IMG/VR virus record: IMGVR_UViG_3300045988_151419
Coordinates: 1-6,469 of that record
Strand: one strand, 5' to 3'
Length of the DNA: 6,469 nt
Origin: a virus
The notes beneath the pieces are model-generated. The model ran no database searches, was not told where the DNA came from, and was given only the letters and a program-made list of their open reading frames with translations. Made by a program: the position numbers and the translations under genes. Below, piece after piece: positions 5,885 through 6,469 of the stretch. The first letter of the stretch is position 1; the number at the start of each line of letters is the position of its first letter.

Positions 5885-6115
5885 ATGGCTACTTTCAAAA
5901 TTACATTTAACTCCATTTCGCTTGGTCGGCGCATTTCGTTTGCTCAGTACATCGGCTTGAAGTCTGATTATATGAGCCTTCGTTCTTTTCTTGCTGCCTG
6001 TGCTGTCATCTCTAAGGAGCCTGAGAAGTTTCCATGTATTCAGGTTGTCGTTCATGATTCTGACGGTACTACTTGTATTTCCTCGGATTTTCTCTTTAGT
6101 GCTGTTCGTGTATGA
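5885..6115 (+). CDS. Hypothetical small protein, 76 aa.
   Basis: First ORF after the long non-coding region, with T-biased third codon positions like the confirmed genes. Its stop overlaps the next ORF's start (ATGA at 6112-6115). No recognisable motif. Confidence 0.4.
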   Translation: MATFKITFNSISLGRRISFAQYIGLKSDYMSLRSFLAACAVISKEPEKFPCIQVVVHDSDGTTCISSDFLFSAVRV

Positions 6116-6360
6116 AACGAGTTGCTGCTAAATCTCCTACCGGTATCGCGTATATAGTTGCTAAGTATATTAAGACTCCTGCCGGTGTTTGTTCTATGAT
6201 TCAGGAAAGTGTTACTGACTTCGGTTCATCTTCAAATAAGTGCTATTTTGGTCATGAAGATCTAAAGGATTTCTTGCGATACGTTGATTATCTCGACCAT
6301 AAATATACTGACTTGGGTTATAAAGTTCATCGTGTATGCAATATTTCGATATCGAGATAA
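6112..6360 (+). CDS. Hypothetical small protein, 82 aa, rich in Tyr/Lys/Asp. It may be a small non-structural, packaging or DNA-binding protein, but this is not established.
   Basis: The ORF is translationally coupled to the upstream 76-aa ORF by an ATGA overlap. It ends inside the terminal repeat (stop at 6358-6360, equal to positions 8-10). Codon bias is consistent with a real gene. Confidence 0.4.
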   Translation: MKRVAAKSPTGIAYIVAKYIKTPAGVCSMIQESVTDFGSSSNKCYFGHEDLKDFLRYVDYLDHKYTDLGYKVHRVCNISISR

Positions 6361-6469
6361 AGTTTTTACAATCTTATGTATACGCTGATGATGAAATTCA
6401 AGCGTATGAAAAACTAATTAAACACCTCACTCACTATGTACAATTTAGAGTTAAAAACGCTTATGGGAC

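Noticed and set aside
5861-6055. 64-aa minus-strand ORF opposite the 76-aa gene
   Set aside because: Antisense artefact, basic and low-complexity. The + strand ORFs show the genome-wide codon bias.
1-6469. CRISPR arrays, tRNA/rRNA genes, IS elements and integrase/transposase genes
   Set aside because: No regularly spaced direct repeats, no cloverleaf-compatible GC-rich ~75-nt segments, and no ORF with recombinase-like motifs. The only long repeat is the assembly terminal redundancy.

Overview
The window is a complete circular ssDNA phage genome of the family Microviridae, judged from gokushovirus-like protein motifs. The unit length is 6,350 nt, and the contig was linearised with a 119-nt terminal redundancy (1-119 is identical to 6351-6469). 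All credible genes are on the + strand, as expected for a microvirus. Third codon positions are strongly T-biased. Two genes can be recognised from the translations alone. The first is a rolling-circle replication initiator (VP4/A-like, 379-1620) with HUH motifs: FGTFTY, PHYHGIFF and YCAKYCCK. The second is the major capsid protein (VP1/F-like, 1645-3375) with the conserved N-terminal FD..H...T..CG.L.P....LPGD pattern. Downstream of the capsid gene lie a small acidic protein, a 105-aa protein with an N-terminal transmembrane helix, and a 427-aa coiled-coil/Gly-rich protein that is probably the DNA pilot/minor capsid protein (VP2/H-like). A ~480-nt non-coding region (5407-5884) is unusually structured for this AT/T-rich genome. 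It holds a terminator hairpin, a (CG)6 alternating dyad element, a long nested GC hairpin with a GCAAT tandem, an extreme AT block, two candidate promoters and several palindromes. This region is the best candidate for the replication origin and control region. Two small ORFs (76 and 82 aa) and a 97-aa ORF with a canonical lipoprotein signal peptide precede rep, and the lipoprotein ORF overlaps the rep start (TAATG). The lipoprotein gene, the TM mini-protein coupled to the pilot gene and the structured origin-like region are the most interesting parts. No gene has a Shine-Dalgarno sequence, and there is a TTTG...TAnnTTTG promoter match, which together suggest a Bacteroidota host. This is inference. 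No rRNA, tRNA, CRISPR or transposase features are visible.
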